IMG/VR virus record: IMGVR_UViG_3300017903_003401
Coordinates: 1 to 62,428 of that record
From: a virus
Lineage: Duplodnaviria; Caudoviricetes
Direction: 5' to 3' (one strand)
DNA: 62,428 nt
The position numbers and the translations under genes are program-made. Positions 38,401 to 45,942 of this stretch are shown in pieces. The notes under the pieces were generated by a model. The model was not told the origin of the DNA, did not search any database, and was given only the letters and a program-made list of their open reading frames with translations. Numbering within the stretch: the stretch's first letter is position 1; the number at the start of each line of letters is the position of its first letter.

Positions 38401-41400
38401 ATTCTACAGTAGTTGACGTTACTAATAATCAAGTAACAATACCAAATCACTTCTTTGTTACAGGTGAGAAGGTAGAATATAGTTATGAAAATTCAAATGT
38501 ATCTACACTTAATGCTATCAATATCACATCAACAGATATTGGTGGCATAACCACCGACAAACTTCCTACAGAACTCTATGTTGTGAAGTTCAGTAATACA
38601 AAAGTTGGTTTTGCACAAAGTGCATTTGATGCATTATCATCTTCTCCAACATTATTAGACTTTAGTTCTGTTGGTATTGGAACATTCCACAAAATCACAG
38701 CAACCAATCAAAACGCAAAAGCATTAGTTGCAATTGATAATATTATTCAAGCACCAGTAACTGAAGCCAATGTTAAAACTGAGTTGGATGAGGACATTAT
38801 TTTTGATATTGATTTTGAAGTTGTTGGTATTCAATCATTCAAAGCCAATGACATTATTAAGATAGACAGTGAGTTTATGCTCATCCAGGACATTGGAGTT
38901 GGACAAACTAATTCCTTTAGAGTTTTGAGAGGGCAATTGGGATCTGGAGTAGCAACTCATGGAGTTGGAACAACAGTTAACTTGATGGTAGGTAATTATA
39001 ATATTACAGATAATATCATCAATTTTGTTGACGCACCATTTGGTTCTACACCTATTGGCACAACTACAGGTAATCCCGATGAAAGAGACTTCACAGGTCT
39101 CTCTACCAATTCAACATTCCAGGGTAGAACATTTATAAGAAGTGGAATTAGGGATGCTGATTATGATACATACTCCACTAATTACACCTTTGACAATATT
39201 CAAAGTCAATTCAATGGTCAGAAGAAGTCATTCTCACTACTTAATGGTGGAAATGATGTCATAGGTTTCTCAACACAACAGGCAATTATTCTCAATTCAA
39301 ATATTCTTCAAGAACCACAAGGTGCTCAGGCAACAACTGGTGATTTTAGACTTGAAGAAACTTCTGGTATAACAAGTATTACTTACCTTGGGGACTTCTC
39401 ATCTTCTGAAGATGATCCAAATAAAGCTGATATACCAAGAGGTGGATCAATTATATCAATTGGTTCTAGTAAGGGTTTTGGATATCAACCACTTATTGCA
39501 GCTGGTGCAACTTGTACTGTATCTGCAGCAGGAACAATTCTTTCAGTTACAATTGGCAACAGTGGATCTGGATATAGGGTTGGAGTTCAAACTGTAAATG
39601 TTGGTTATGCAGTATCCTCAGTTGGTTTATCAACTGTGGTTAATATTGGAACTGCAACTGTACAAAATGGTAGTATTGTTGCTATCACTACATCATATGA
39701 AGGTGCAAATCTTGATGAAAATAATCCTCCTTTGATTGTTATTGATAAACCACTGCCCTATGGTGGTATTCCACTTGTATATGCTGATGGAAGTAATGGA
39801 ATTGGTACAGGAGCAAGGGTAGATGTCACTGTAGGTCAAGGATCAAGTGTAATCAATTTTGAAATTATAAGTGGAGGATTTGGTTATGGTAACGGTGAAA
39901 GTCTAAGACTTGCCATTGGTGGTACAACAGGTATTCAAACAACTGGAAGTTCTGACTTTGCACACTTTGAAATAAATGTTACTGATGTTTATCGAGATAC
40001 ATTCAATGGATTTACTATTGGTGAACTTGATGTCTTTGACAAATTGGATGATGAGTTTGATGGTAAGACCACCAAATTCCCACTCAAAATTGCTAACACT
40101 CAATTCGCAATTGAGGTTGAAAAAGGTTCTGAAATCGATATAACACAGACTCTGATTATCACCATCAATGATATCCTCCAAGTTCCTAATGATGCGTATA
40201 AATTCAATGGTGGTAGTATTATTGAATTCACTGAACCACCTAAGAAAGGTGATACCTCTAAGATTTTATTCTACAAGGGAACTCCAGATGTGGATGTCGC
40301 TTTTGTTGATGTTCTTGAAACTGTCAAGATAGGTGATACACTTCAACTTAAGAATGATGCAATTAGAGGTCAAGACTTTGGTTTATTACAGGAGGAAAGA
40401 ATTGTAACTGGTATAACAACACTTGATACTACTACTACCTTCTCATATAATGGACCAGGTCTATCAACCAGTCTTGCACTTGTAAGACCTATCACTTGGT
40501 GTAAGCAAACTGATGATATAACAATCAATGGAGAGTTTGTTACTAAGGATAGAGTTTCTCAAGAACCCTCTATCTTCCCTGCATCATACTTAACATCATT
40601 TGTAGGTTTATCAAGTAATTATGCATATGTTGATACTGCAAGACCCTTCTTTGACTCTAGAAGAGAAACAAACCTTCTTGAGTATCAAGATTCAATTACT
40701 ATTACAGATCAAACATCCATCAAATCAGCTATCGCTACTGCAGTTATTCATGATGGTGGTGTAACGAGTTTACCACTTTCAGATGGAGGAGAAGGATACA
40801 GTATTATTGGTAATCCAACTGTTTCAATTTCATCTCCTCATGTAGTTGGTGGTGAGACAGCAACAGCAGAAGCAATTATTGATGGCAGTGTTGTTTCATT
40901 CATTAATATAACCAATCCAGGATCAGGTTACACACAACCTCCAAGTGTTCTTATTGAACAACCACATATCAAGAGAGAAACTATTGGTATATCTTCTTAC
41001 TTTGGTGATCAGGGCAATATTGTTGGATATGCTCGTTCTTCTAATGGTTTGACCACATTTGAACTTTATATTCCTCAAGATTCATTTATGAGAGATCCTG
41101 ATGTTGTTGGAACAGCAGTCACTATAAGTCAATTATCTGAGGATGATTTATTTGTAGTAAATCTTTCAAATATTGGAGTCTCAGCCAATTCTAATTTTGA
41201 CGGTATTTACAAAGTGACAGCAGCATATAACCAATCTAGGGATTTATCTTATATTGGATTGGGTGTTACAACAATTAGAAGAGTTGAATTTATAAACTCT
41301 TCTTCTATTGGATCAACAAGTTTCTCATCAACTGAAATTACATTTGATGGTACTGGAAAAACATTTGATAATAATCCAAGTCCTTTAGGTGGTGATGGTT

Positions 41401-41570
41401 TATTTTATAATGAAAGAATATATGGAAAGTATACATGGGGTAAACTTGAATTCTTGAATAGAGTTACTTCTACTGCTGTAGAATTTACACAAAAACCCTA
41501 TAACCAACTTACTTCATCTCCTCTTATTCAAAGAACAAATCCATTGAAGTTCAATAACTATACATCATAG
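29409..41570 (+). CDS. g7: Giant baseplate wedge initiator (gp7-like), 4053 aa
   Basis: SQLPRYVREDFP..VEFLEQYY N-terminus, FYSSKGS..SYEILFRALYG, YYQNFSYSLKS...LNHIAG; lies between g6 and g8. Confidence 0.8.
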   Translation: MAVDRVKFQEIVSSQLPRYVREDFPLLVEFLEQYYVSQEYESGPIDIISNIDKYVKVEQLTNLVDSTNLDQDLEISSFDSEITVDSTVGFAENNGIIRIDNEIILYETKTSNKFQNCTRGFSGITTYVTTGKPNELTFSESEVDTHSDGAVVENLNILFLKQFLIKLKKQFTPGFSERSFFSGVNAQNFIYNAKSFYSSKGSNQSYEILFRALYGEDVEVILPSRFLLTPSNADYRVTKDYIVERLQGNPLDLKNLTIFQKGTNARGSVSNVKQIPYENFQYFQISIDSGTSIDSDVNGSIYGEFRANPLTKVLDTVSIGASIINVDSTIDFPEFGELIVRDIDDDQVSIAYSGKTINQFFNVSGVTNTINKKTDIKLDSYSYAYVGIDTSQEIRVRFTSSLKNFVQNDPTRYFRKDDTIEIKSLGYEAPGKKNNAYVLNVKTKFKIAETEIVDESNVYKFTLYDKTFFKEGYIVRYENFDQSISIEGRVTRVSSDDVINVQFSAPIPMIGEYFIENQLLKGKSSKYPYLNNFVANVQNTYSRFDQSLVIASNSLPRYDNVETNTYDKKITFSASLLSTDTLSLPTNPTTLPDHGFYTGDAVYYESNGNGFQGVSSGSYFVFRVDKDNIKLARSKSNLGKEIYITFNGSVVNASISLLENFDKTIEPQGLYRSVLDPLNRSESIETRFGYTGIFVNGLELLNYKSSNSVYYGNIRNLTITDGGLGYDVINPPVLNIKDSVGVGATGVCNVRGVLQRIDVSDPGRYYDVPSIKISGGNGRGAIALPRLSSTRRTNTFIANSPAVDISNNTIKFSEDHRFFDGEGVIYEPQGNKIIAGLSTNAEYYVFVKTSDKISLHRTKNDALLGKSPIALTEQGKGLQQFTSVDLKINVSSILVVNPGIDYENKKRTIPFTGVNTASNQVEIVNHGFETKEKVQYTLGSPRIEGLKENTDYYVVKINDNAFSLTEVGVGTIKEDFFFNRNLLIDFKNPGNGSFNYPPINVEIQGNPVIFDKANTDIFDNTIVIESPIENNTVVAERTLAFTQNEAKILTNSLFPTDYFVEIEKTGVYLISDANFISNTITYGAKIEPVFRGYIDSVDITDGGVGYGSSTIIDFVRQPEITFESGKGAKIVPIINDGQIVEVIVTTPGSGYNCQPDIQIVSETGKFAQLVPIVKNGVIDSVVVQSGGVDYVDGKTFLNVISPATGANSIANINSWNVNLFEKNFANILDDDCILQSNLKNNSLQFSSIYAPRPLRSSINVVSGFNKDNVKYGIFDITLNNSGEEEDNVFHSPILGWAYDGNPIYGPYGFSNIDGTGSIRRMKSGYKLLNTPINRPSYDAFPNGFFVDDFIFSGDGDLDESNGRFCVTPDYPNGVYAYFCTVSDTIDNSGPFKKYRRPVFPYVIGNKFRSTPNRYNFVGTSNQTDYDITQDGLFRNTSYYFTNGGNSGYDYIFNSDLIINQTLDVTSTTSGSVDGLNIIDGGDNYKVDDNVILDSRGTGGRNAKFKVSDISGKSITNVSLAKTVFNDVEFTSSSNNNVFIGITSTPHNFLSNETIFIDNVSQYYRGFEGAYNVGVSSLSGLLSVGLNTCTTTGIVTYISLSGSLLFNVASNDILKIESEKVKVLNIDRKSSRVRVLREIDGTLGVAHSVGTIVRDDSRLISFASLGINTTKSLPFNKQYYFEPNESIGIGSDSVGTATTITFANPGLGDTQIVLEQQQVYIPDHNLSLNVPLIYYTNGGTSLTVWSGIENTPIYNLDQTRNLFAVPLTKDIIGVSTQRVGVNSEGTFVGVNSEAGGLLYFISKVGLGSYHSFNTNIDDVLRGRVSKNIVTVSTGQTHGLKRNDLINIDVNPTTTTTIKVTYDDFNRRIVFDSDTIEPEDINTGENTFKVPANKYNSGDKIIYSSSDPSLNLTASSMYYVFKNNEDTIRIVKNKNELSNENPNFINIGSATTAIISRINPGVFVQKNQNIKFDLSDPSLSFSAGPLKFSAFDMFIYSDNKKQNKFYTTKTTRNFEVTKSGKIGIDSTAFLNIKISNNIPEVLYYGFEPDNIDLIPSVKLDIYDDVDVPDNNTLNLVKNKFDGSYTVVGVTSDTFTYNIPFDSDDVISYGSSDSNATYFTNSPNAIGPINKLSLIDSGIGYLTLPDYFKVDSKKGTGALLEPVSKSIGNIIGTRFNNIGFGYPSDRTLNAVANLPQILLVTPLGKFESIGISSAGVNYSQPADLIVIDGLSGEQLDVELRYELEDSQVEIIRNTNSINSVPPIFIPTNNTNGFNVNSVTYNDSTKIVRIVFTNEFSEEKDWPFKVGEKVLVENIAVGFTTTGKGYNSEDYGYALFEVTSLDSQLGGAGAYIEYDLTDYLGPNEFPGDTTSLFAGSVTPQSFFPIFDSNVIVADFFKNERVVNPGGVGIVERFDPFTRFLYVQSEDDFEVGTIITSDTSGNKAIIESRLDFDATINLGVGVTVIDGWQTNSGFLNDNLQVIPNNEYYQNFSYSLKSRVPFDTWNDSVSALNHIAGFQKFADLVIDNDAVGLVTAIGVEVETVIDIIGVESLYCFPDFDGGTERTIDISNNKVVSNEIVFENKILLDYFESRGNRVLNIDDFSGEFNSNARETRYSIIDFFDNKYAWNKIFTLVQDTEIRNRKQFGIVTILQDGTIGYSNQYGTLDTGKLLGSFDYIGAGTSQWGLTFFPNLFEFNNYEVSYFSFSGVESVLEVGSKDIGDIISIGSSSVSVPVSTETTLIQIPTSKRSAKLHVQLEKGDNEYFYTELNVLHDGTDVELLQYGSIDSTPGISDGFGTYDAEISGGNVNVKITPTVGTALTANILSIETDATATGVGTTSLVTTNLSSYYKQISASASPVAHEVASYEDPFACEYFMVTVHDTTNNEYELFECHVLDSNNLGIVKYGSIISFVGLGTIGVSKSSETVSLVYTPNENIAVDVRVFGISLKNFDNITGISSISDLNNNILFSDYGTYTGTEFDKKRSFSLKNNELPIFQRSFLGNNSTVVDVTNNQVTIPNHFFVTGEKVEYSYENSNVSTLNAINITSTDIGGITTDKLPTELYVVKFSNTKVGFAQSAFDALSSSPTLLDFSSVGIGTFHKITATNQNAKALVAIDNIIQAPVTEANVKTELDEDIIFDIDFEVVGIQSFKANDIIKIDSEFMLIQDIGVGQTNSFRVLRGQLGSGVATHGVGTTVNLMVGNYNITDNIINFVDAPFGSTPIGTTTGNPDERDFTGLSTNSTFQGRTFIRSGIRDADYDTYSTNYTFDNIQSQFNGQKKSFSLLNGGNDVIGFSTQQAIILNSNILQEPQGAQATTGDFRLEETSGITSITYLGDFSSSEDDPNKADIPRGGSIISIGSSKGFGYQPLIAAGATCTVSAAGTILSVTIGNSGSGYRVGVQTVNVGYAVSSVGLSTVVNIGTATVQNGSIVAITTSYEGANLDENNPPLIVIDKPLPYGGIPLVYADGSNGIGTGARVDVTVGQGSSVINFEIISGGFGYGNGESLRLAIGGTTGIQTTGSSDFAHFEINVTDVYRDTFNGFTIGELDVFDKLDDEFDGKTTKFPLKIANTQFAIEVEKGSEIDITQTLIITINDILQVPNDAYKFNGGSIIEFTEPPKKGDTSKILFYKGTPDVDVAFVDVLETVKIGDTLQLKNDAIRGQDFGLLQEERIVTGITTLDTTTTFSYNGPGLSTSLALVRPITWCKQTDDITINGEFVTKDRVSQEPSIFPASYLTSFVGLSSNYAYVDTARPFFDSRRETNLLEYQDSITITDQTSIKSAIATAVIHDGGVTSLPLSDGGEGYSIIGNPTVSISSPHVVGGETATAEAIIDGSVVSFINITNPGSGYTQPPSVLIEQPHIKRETIGISSYFGDQGNIVGYARSSNGLTTFELYIPQDSFMRDPDVVGTAVTISQLSEDDLFVVNLSNIGVSANSNFDGIYKVTAAYNQSRDLSYIGLGVTTIRRVEFINSSSIGSTSFSSTEITFDGTGKTFDNNPSPLGGDGLFYNERIYGKYTWGKLEFLNRVTSTAVEFTQKPYNQLTSSPLIQRTNPLKFNNYTS

Positions 41571-41604
41571 GATAAATAAATTTAGAAAAAGGAACCTCTC
41601 GTAA

Positions 41605-42456
41605 ATGTCATATCAAGGTATTAATACCGGTACTACCCCTAATGATGGGACAGGCGATTCCCTGTTGGTTGGTGCCGATAAGATTAATGATAATTTTGGG
41701 GAATTATATAATCTCATCGGTGATGGAACAGATTTACCTGTTGGTATCGTAACGGAGATAACAGCAGGTTCAAATATATCAATATCAACAAGTTATGGAT
41801 CTGTTGAAGTTTCAATAGATGAAATTACAAATATAGATATCACTGCAACTTCATTGGTGGTATCTGGTATCACTACACTTGGTATTGTTACTGGTGCAAC
41901 ATACTATGGTGATGGTTCTAATTTAACTGGACTTGGTGAAACTGCTAATGTAAGAACAGATACTTTGGTTGTTACTGGAGTGTCAACTTTAGGTGTTGTA
42001 ACTGGTGTTACTGCAATTGAAGCAACCACATATTATGGTGATGGTTCTAATTTAACTGGAGTTGCAGATGCACTACAAAGCAGAACAACTGTTTCTGGAT
42101 CTACAACATCAATTATAAATAATGGTATTGGAAATACAGACATTACTGGATTTAAGTCTTATGCCTTGATGAAAGTTGGTCTATCCACCGCAGGTTGGTT
42201 GAGAATATATACTGATAGTGCATCAAGATCTGCTGACGCAAGCAGAAGTGTTGGAGAAGATCCAGCAGCAGGAAGTGGTGTTATTGCTGAAGTTGTAACT
42301 ACAGGAATTTCAACTCAACAGAATATTTCACCATTCACAATTGGTGGAAATATGGATGATCCAGTTGATACTACAATTTATGTTGCAATTACAAATCAAT
42401 CTGGAACAACACAATCAATTGCTGCAAACTTAACCATTCTTAAATTGGAGGAATAA
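41605..42456 (+). CDS. Fibre-like structural protein with a gp9/gp10-like N-terminus
   Basis: INTGTTPNDGTGDSL..GADKINDNFGELY; GDGSNLTG repeats. Confidence 0.75.
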   Translation: MSYQGINTGTTPNDGTGDSLLVGADKINDNFGELYNLIGDGTDLPVGIVTEITAGSNISISTSYGSVEVSIDEITNIDITATSLVVSGITTLGIVTGATYYGDGSNLTGLGETANVRTDTLVVTGVSTLGVVTGVTAIEATTYYGDGSNLTGVADALQSRTTVSGSTTSIINNGIGNTDITGFKSYALMKVGLSTAGWLRIYTDSASRSADASRSVGEDPAAGSGVIAEVVTTGISTQQNISPFTIGGNMDDPVDTTIYVAITNQSGTTQSIAANLTILKLEE

Positions 42457-42462
42457 GAAACA

Positions 42463-44001
42463 ATGGCAATCACAACAACTACAATTACAAAGGCAGCAGG
42501 TTGGGCAAGAACTGATGTTATTGATTCATTAGAACAAGCATTCACTTGGTTAGGAATGCACGGAACTGAAATCTCAGGATTAGTTACGAGTATTAGTGAT
42601 TATAGTGGAGGTGGAACTGTTGGTTCTGCTGGCACTGATTATTTTGATGTTCCTGTTGCAACAACATCTGGTATTGGAACTGGTGCAACTTTTGAGGTTT
42701 ATAGAAGTGGTGGGACCGTAAATACAATTTATGTAAATCGTCCTGGATATGGTTATACTGATGGTGAATATGTGACTCTATCTGCAGAAGATATTGGTGG
42801 TTCTGCTAATGGTGCTGTTGCAATTGGTATTACAGTAGCAGTTGATGGTGGTGCAACTCCTGTTGGTTATGGATCAACTAATCAATTCTTTGATAAGAAT
42901 TTTTCTCCTGTTAGTGATTCAACTCGTCCTTGGGGAGTATTAAAACAAGACTTTGATACAAATAAAAGATTTGGAGTGACTTACAGAGGATTTAAACCCT
43001 ATGATGATTATAGGATGAGTTTTACTACAGGATCTTCATTTTTTCCATTTGACACAACTAATACTTCAGATAAAGGTGGAAGATATAGAGATTCATTCAA
43101 AGGAACTGAACATTTAGACATCGCAGTATTCTCTGATTCTAATTCTAATTCGTTAGATTATGATATAGATATTAGATCACAAATTTCTGCAGTATATGAT
43201 GGTTTTCAATATGCAACAACTAACTCCCCAACAACTCATGATTTAAAATTAAATATCTATCGTTCATCTATTGATTCTTCCTTTGCAGTTCTTTCTTTTA
43301 ATCAACCATCTGTCAGTGGCGTTATAAATGAAAGTACATTTAGTACTTTTATTATTCATAATTTCACTTCAGATCTTTGGGATTTGGATGAAGTATTTTC
43401 TGCGGGAATGACTTTTATTGATGTGGATCCATCATTAAATCAATCTCAAGGAAACACTACAATGATAGGATTTAAAACTATATTAGTTGGAAATAGAAAT
43501 ACATCAGGTGATGATAGTACCAGTACAAGAACTGCGGAAGCAGGATGGGCACAAATTTATGATAGTGCTAATCAAGACGCGAAACCAATAAAAACTTATA
43601 GCATAACTTCATCACAAACAAATTATACAAATTCTGCTACCATCTCTGATGGGTATAATACTATAGATCCATCACACGCAACAATTTATTCAAGAACTGG
43701 TGGATTTAAAGATCGAGGAATAATTGAAAATAATGCTACTGATTATGGAAACAGATATCCAATCACAACATATCGTTCAGTGATTAAAGGAATTCCAATT
43801 AATGGAAATCTGATTCCTTGTCCTTATTATATGCCTGATGATTTTGTAGTAATTGATTTAAAACTCGATGCATCAGGACAAGATATTCTTCAGGGTGATA
43901 CGATTACAATCAGTGGATCTGAAGTTTATACTGTAATTACTGGTTCTTATAATAAGAGTAATGAAACTGCTGGCGTATTCTTCTGTGCGAGGACTGTTTG
44001 A
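42463..44001 (+). CDS. Putative virion structural protein
   Basis: 512 aa, Gly/Thr/Ser-rich, within the late operon. Confidence 0.7.
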   Translation: MAITTTTITKAAGWARTDVIDSLEQAFTWLGMHGTEISGLVTSISDYSGGGTVGSAGTDYFDVPVATTSGIGTGATFEVYRSGGTVNTIYVNRPGYGYTDGEYVTLSAEDIGGSANGAVAIGITVAVDGGATPVGYGSTNQFFDKNFSPVSDSTRPWGVLKQDFDTNKRFGVTYRGFKPYDDYRMSFTTGSSFFPFDTTNTSDKGGRYRDSFKGTEHLDIAVFSDSNSNSLDYDIDIRSQISAVYDGFQYATTNSPTTHDLKLNIYRSSIDSSFAVLSFNQPSVSGVINESTFSTFIIHNFTSDLWDLDEVFSAGMTFIDVDPSLNQSQGNTTMIGFKTILVGNRNTSGDDSTSTRTAEAGWAQIYDSANQDAKPIKTYSITSSQTNYTNSATISDGYNTIDPSHATIYSRTGGFKDRGIIENNATDYGNRYPITTYRSVIKGIPINGNLIPCPYYMPDDFVVIDLKLDASGQDILQGDTITISGSEVYTVITGSYNKSNETAGVFFCARTV

Positions 44002-44213
44002 TGACTAATTTTACAATTCCAAATTTATCAAGTGCTGTAGTTGGATTTGCAACTACAGCATTTTCTCCAACAGAAACATCATTTACTGTTGAGAATACAG
44101 AACCAGTCTCAAAAAATCGTGATATAACAGTAGAAGAAACCAGAAGAGGATGGTTGACTGGTAGAAGACCACAATCTGGTCAAATGTACCCAAGAGGTGT
44201 ATATAATAAATAG
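43998..44213 (+). CDS. Small hypothetical protein
   Basis: Coupled to the previous gene; ends GWLTGRRPQSGQMYPRGVYNK. Confidence 0.65.
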   Translation: MMTNFTIPNLSSAVVGFATTAFSPTETSFTVENTEPVSKNRDITVEETRRGWLTGRRPQSGQMYPRGVYNK

Positions 44214-44267
44214 CAGATTTAGAGAAACTAAATACTCTTAAGATCCCCAGTTGGGAATAATAGATGA

Positions 44268-44351
44268 CTAGGGGTTCATATTACTGTTTCTGGATCAACA
44301 TTGACCTTTAATGTTCCTGGAGTTGGTTCTACTAGCCTCACATTATTCTAA
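44268..44351 (+). pseudogene. Start-less fibre C-terminal remnant (LGVHITVSGSTLTFNVPGVGSTSLTLF*)
   Basis: Protein-like beta-strand sequence preceded by an in-frame TGA and ending at the gp8 late promoter. Confidence 0.45.
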
Positions 44352-44377
44352 TAAATATAAAAAAAGTCCCATAAAAA

Positions 44378-45937
44378 ATGGCTGCGATAATTACTGATCA
44401 ACTACGCATTTTAAATGCGAAAAACTTTGTAAGTTCTGTACAGGACACTTCAAATTCTTACTATGCTTGGATTGGTCTTCCAGACGCCACTGACTTTCAG
44501 AGTGACTGGAATACCAACCCGCCAGCTCCTAGAGATAGTTTGGATGACTCCAACTTTTATTGGGACACAATGATTGCTTTAAAGAAAATCAATCCTGGTG
44601 ATGTGAGCCAAGTTGTCAGAAAGAAAACATGGCAATCTGGTATTACATATGATATGTGGAAAAATGATATTACCAGAACAAACCCATCACAACCTTCTGG
44701 GGCTTTTGACATTTACGATGCAAACTACTATATCATCAATAGTGAGTTCAAGGTCTATATTTGCTTGTTCAATGGAGCAAGTCCAGAAAATAGTTTTAGA
44801 GGTGTACCCTCACTGGATGAACCAAACTTTACTGATTTAGAACCAAGAGAAGCAGGAAGTAGTGGAGATGGTTATATTTGGAAGTACCTTTATACCATCA
44901 AACCAAATCAAATTATCAAATTCGATTCAACAAATTATATTGCAGTTCCAACTGATTGGGATACAAATGCAACTTATGCACCAATAAGAGAGAATGCCAA
45001 GACTTCTGGTCAAATCAAAATTGTTACGATCAAAAATCGTGGAGTTGGTATTGGAACTGCAAATGTTACCTATACAAGAGTACCCATTTTGGGTGATGGA
45101 CGTGGTGCAGAGGCAACAATTGTTATCAACAATGATTCAAAAGTTGAGTCAGTCACTGTTTCTTCAGGAGGTAATGGTTACACATTTGGAACTTTAAATC
45201 TATCTAAAGGTGGAGTTCCTACTGGTAGTACTGAACCTACGTTTGATGTCATTATACCCCCTCCTGGAGGTCATGGAGCAGATATTTATCGTGAGTTGGG
45301 TGCATATAATGTACTCTCTTATGCAAGATTTGAAAATGACACGCAGAATCCAGATTTTATCACAGGAAATCAATTTGCACAAGTTGGAATTGTAAAAAAT
45401 CCAAAGAACTTCAATTCAACAACTAATCTCACTCTTGATAAAGTCAGTGCACTTTATGCATTGAAACTTGTAGGTAGTGGAAGTAGTAGTGCCATTTTTG
45501 ATCCTGACAGTTTTGTTACTCAAACTGTAGGTCTTGGTTCTACTGCAGTTGGTAGAGTAATTTCATATGACCAACAAACAGGTGTCCTAAAATACTGGCA
45601 AGATAGAAGAACTGCTGGTTTCAATACTAATGGCACTGATGATATTAATCCTGTATATGGTTTTGAGCAATTAGCATTTACCTCCAGTCCCACTAATGGA
45701 GGAAGTTTACAGATCAGTCCATCAAGTGGTAGTACATTACTTATCGACAAAGGATTTTCTGGTGTAAGTACTACAATAAATAGTAGGACATACAACCTGG
45801 GTCAAGAATTCATCAGTGGAATTTCAAATCCAGAGTCACAGAAATATTCTGGCGACATCATTTATGTTGATAACAGACCCTCTGTTACCAGATCATCTTC
45901 ACAGAAAGAAGACGTTAAAGTTATCTTGCAATTCTAA
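44378..45937 (+). CDS. g8: Baseplate wedge subunit gp8
   Basis: MAAIITDQLRILNA, VYICL.NG, DGYIWKYLYTI, SGDIIYVDNR motifs. Confidence 0.9.
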   Translation: MAAIITDQLRILNAKNFVSSVQDTSNSYYAWIGLPDATDFQSDWNTNPPAPRDSLDDSNFYWDTMIALKKINPGDVSQVVRKKTWQSGITYDMWKNDITRTNPSQPSGAFDIYDANYYIINSEFKVYICLFNGASPENSFRGVPSLDEPNFTDLEPREAGSSGDGYIWKYLYTIKPNQIIKFDSTNYIAVPTDWDTNATYAPIRENAKTSGQIKIVTIKNRGVGIGTANVTYTRVPILGDGRGAEATIVINNDSKVESVTVSSGGNGYTFGTLNLSKGGVPTGSTEPTFDVIIPPPGGHGADIYRELGAYNVLSYARFENDTQNPDFITGNQFAQVGIVKNPKNFNSTTNLTLDKVSALYALKLVGSGSSSAIFDPDSFVTQTVGLGSTAVGRVISYDQQTGVLKYWQDRRTAGFNTNGTDDINPVYGFEQLAFTSSPTNGGSLQISPSSGSTLLIDKGFSGVSTTINSRTYNLGQEFISGISNPESQKYSGDIIYVDNRPSVTRSSSQKEDVKVILQF

Positions 45938-45942
45938 GAGAT

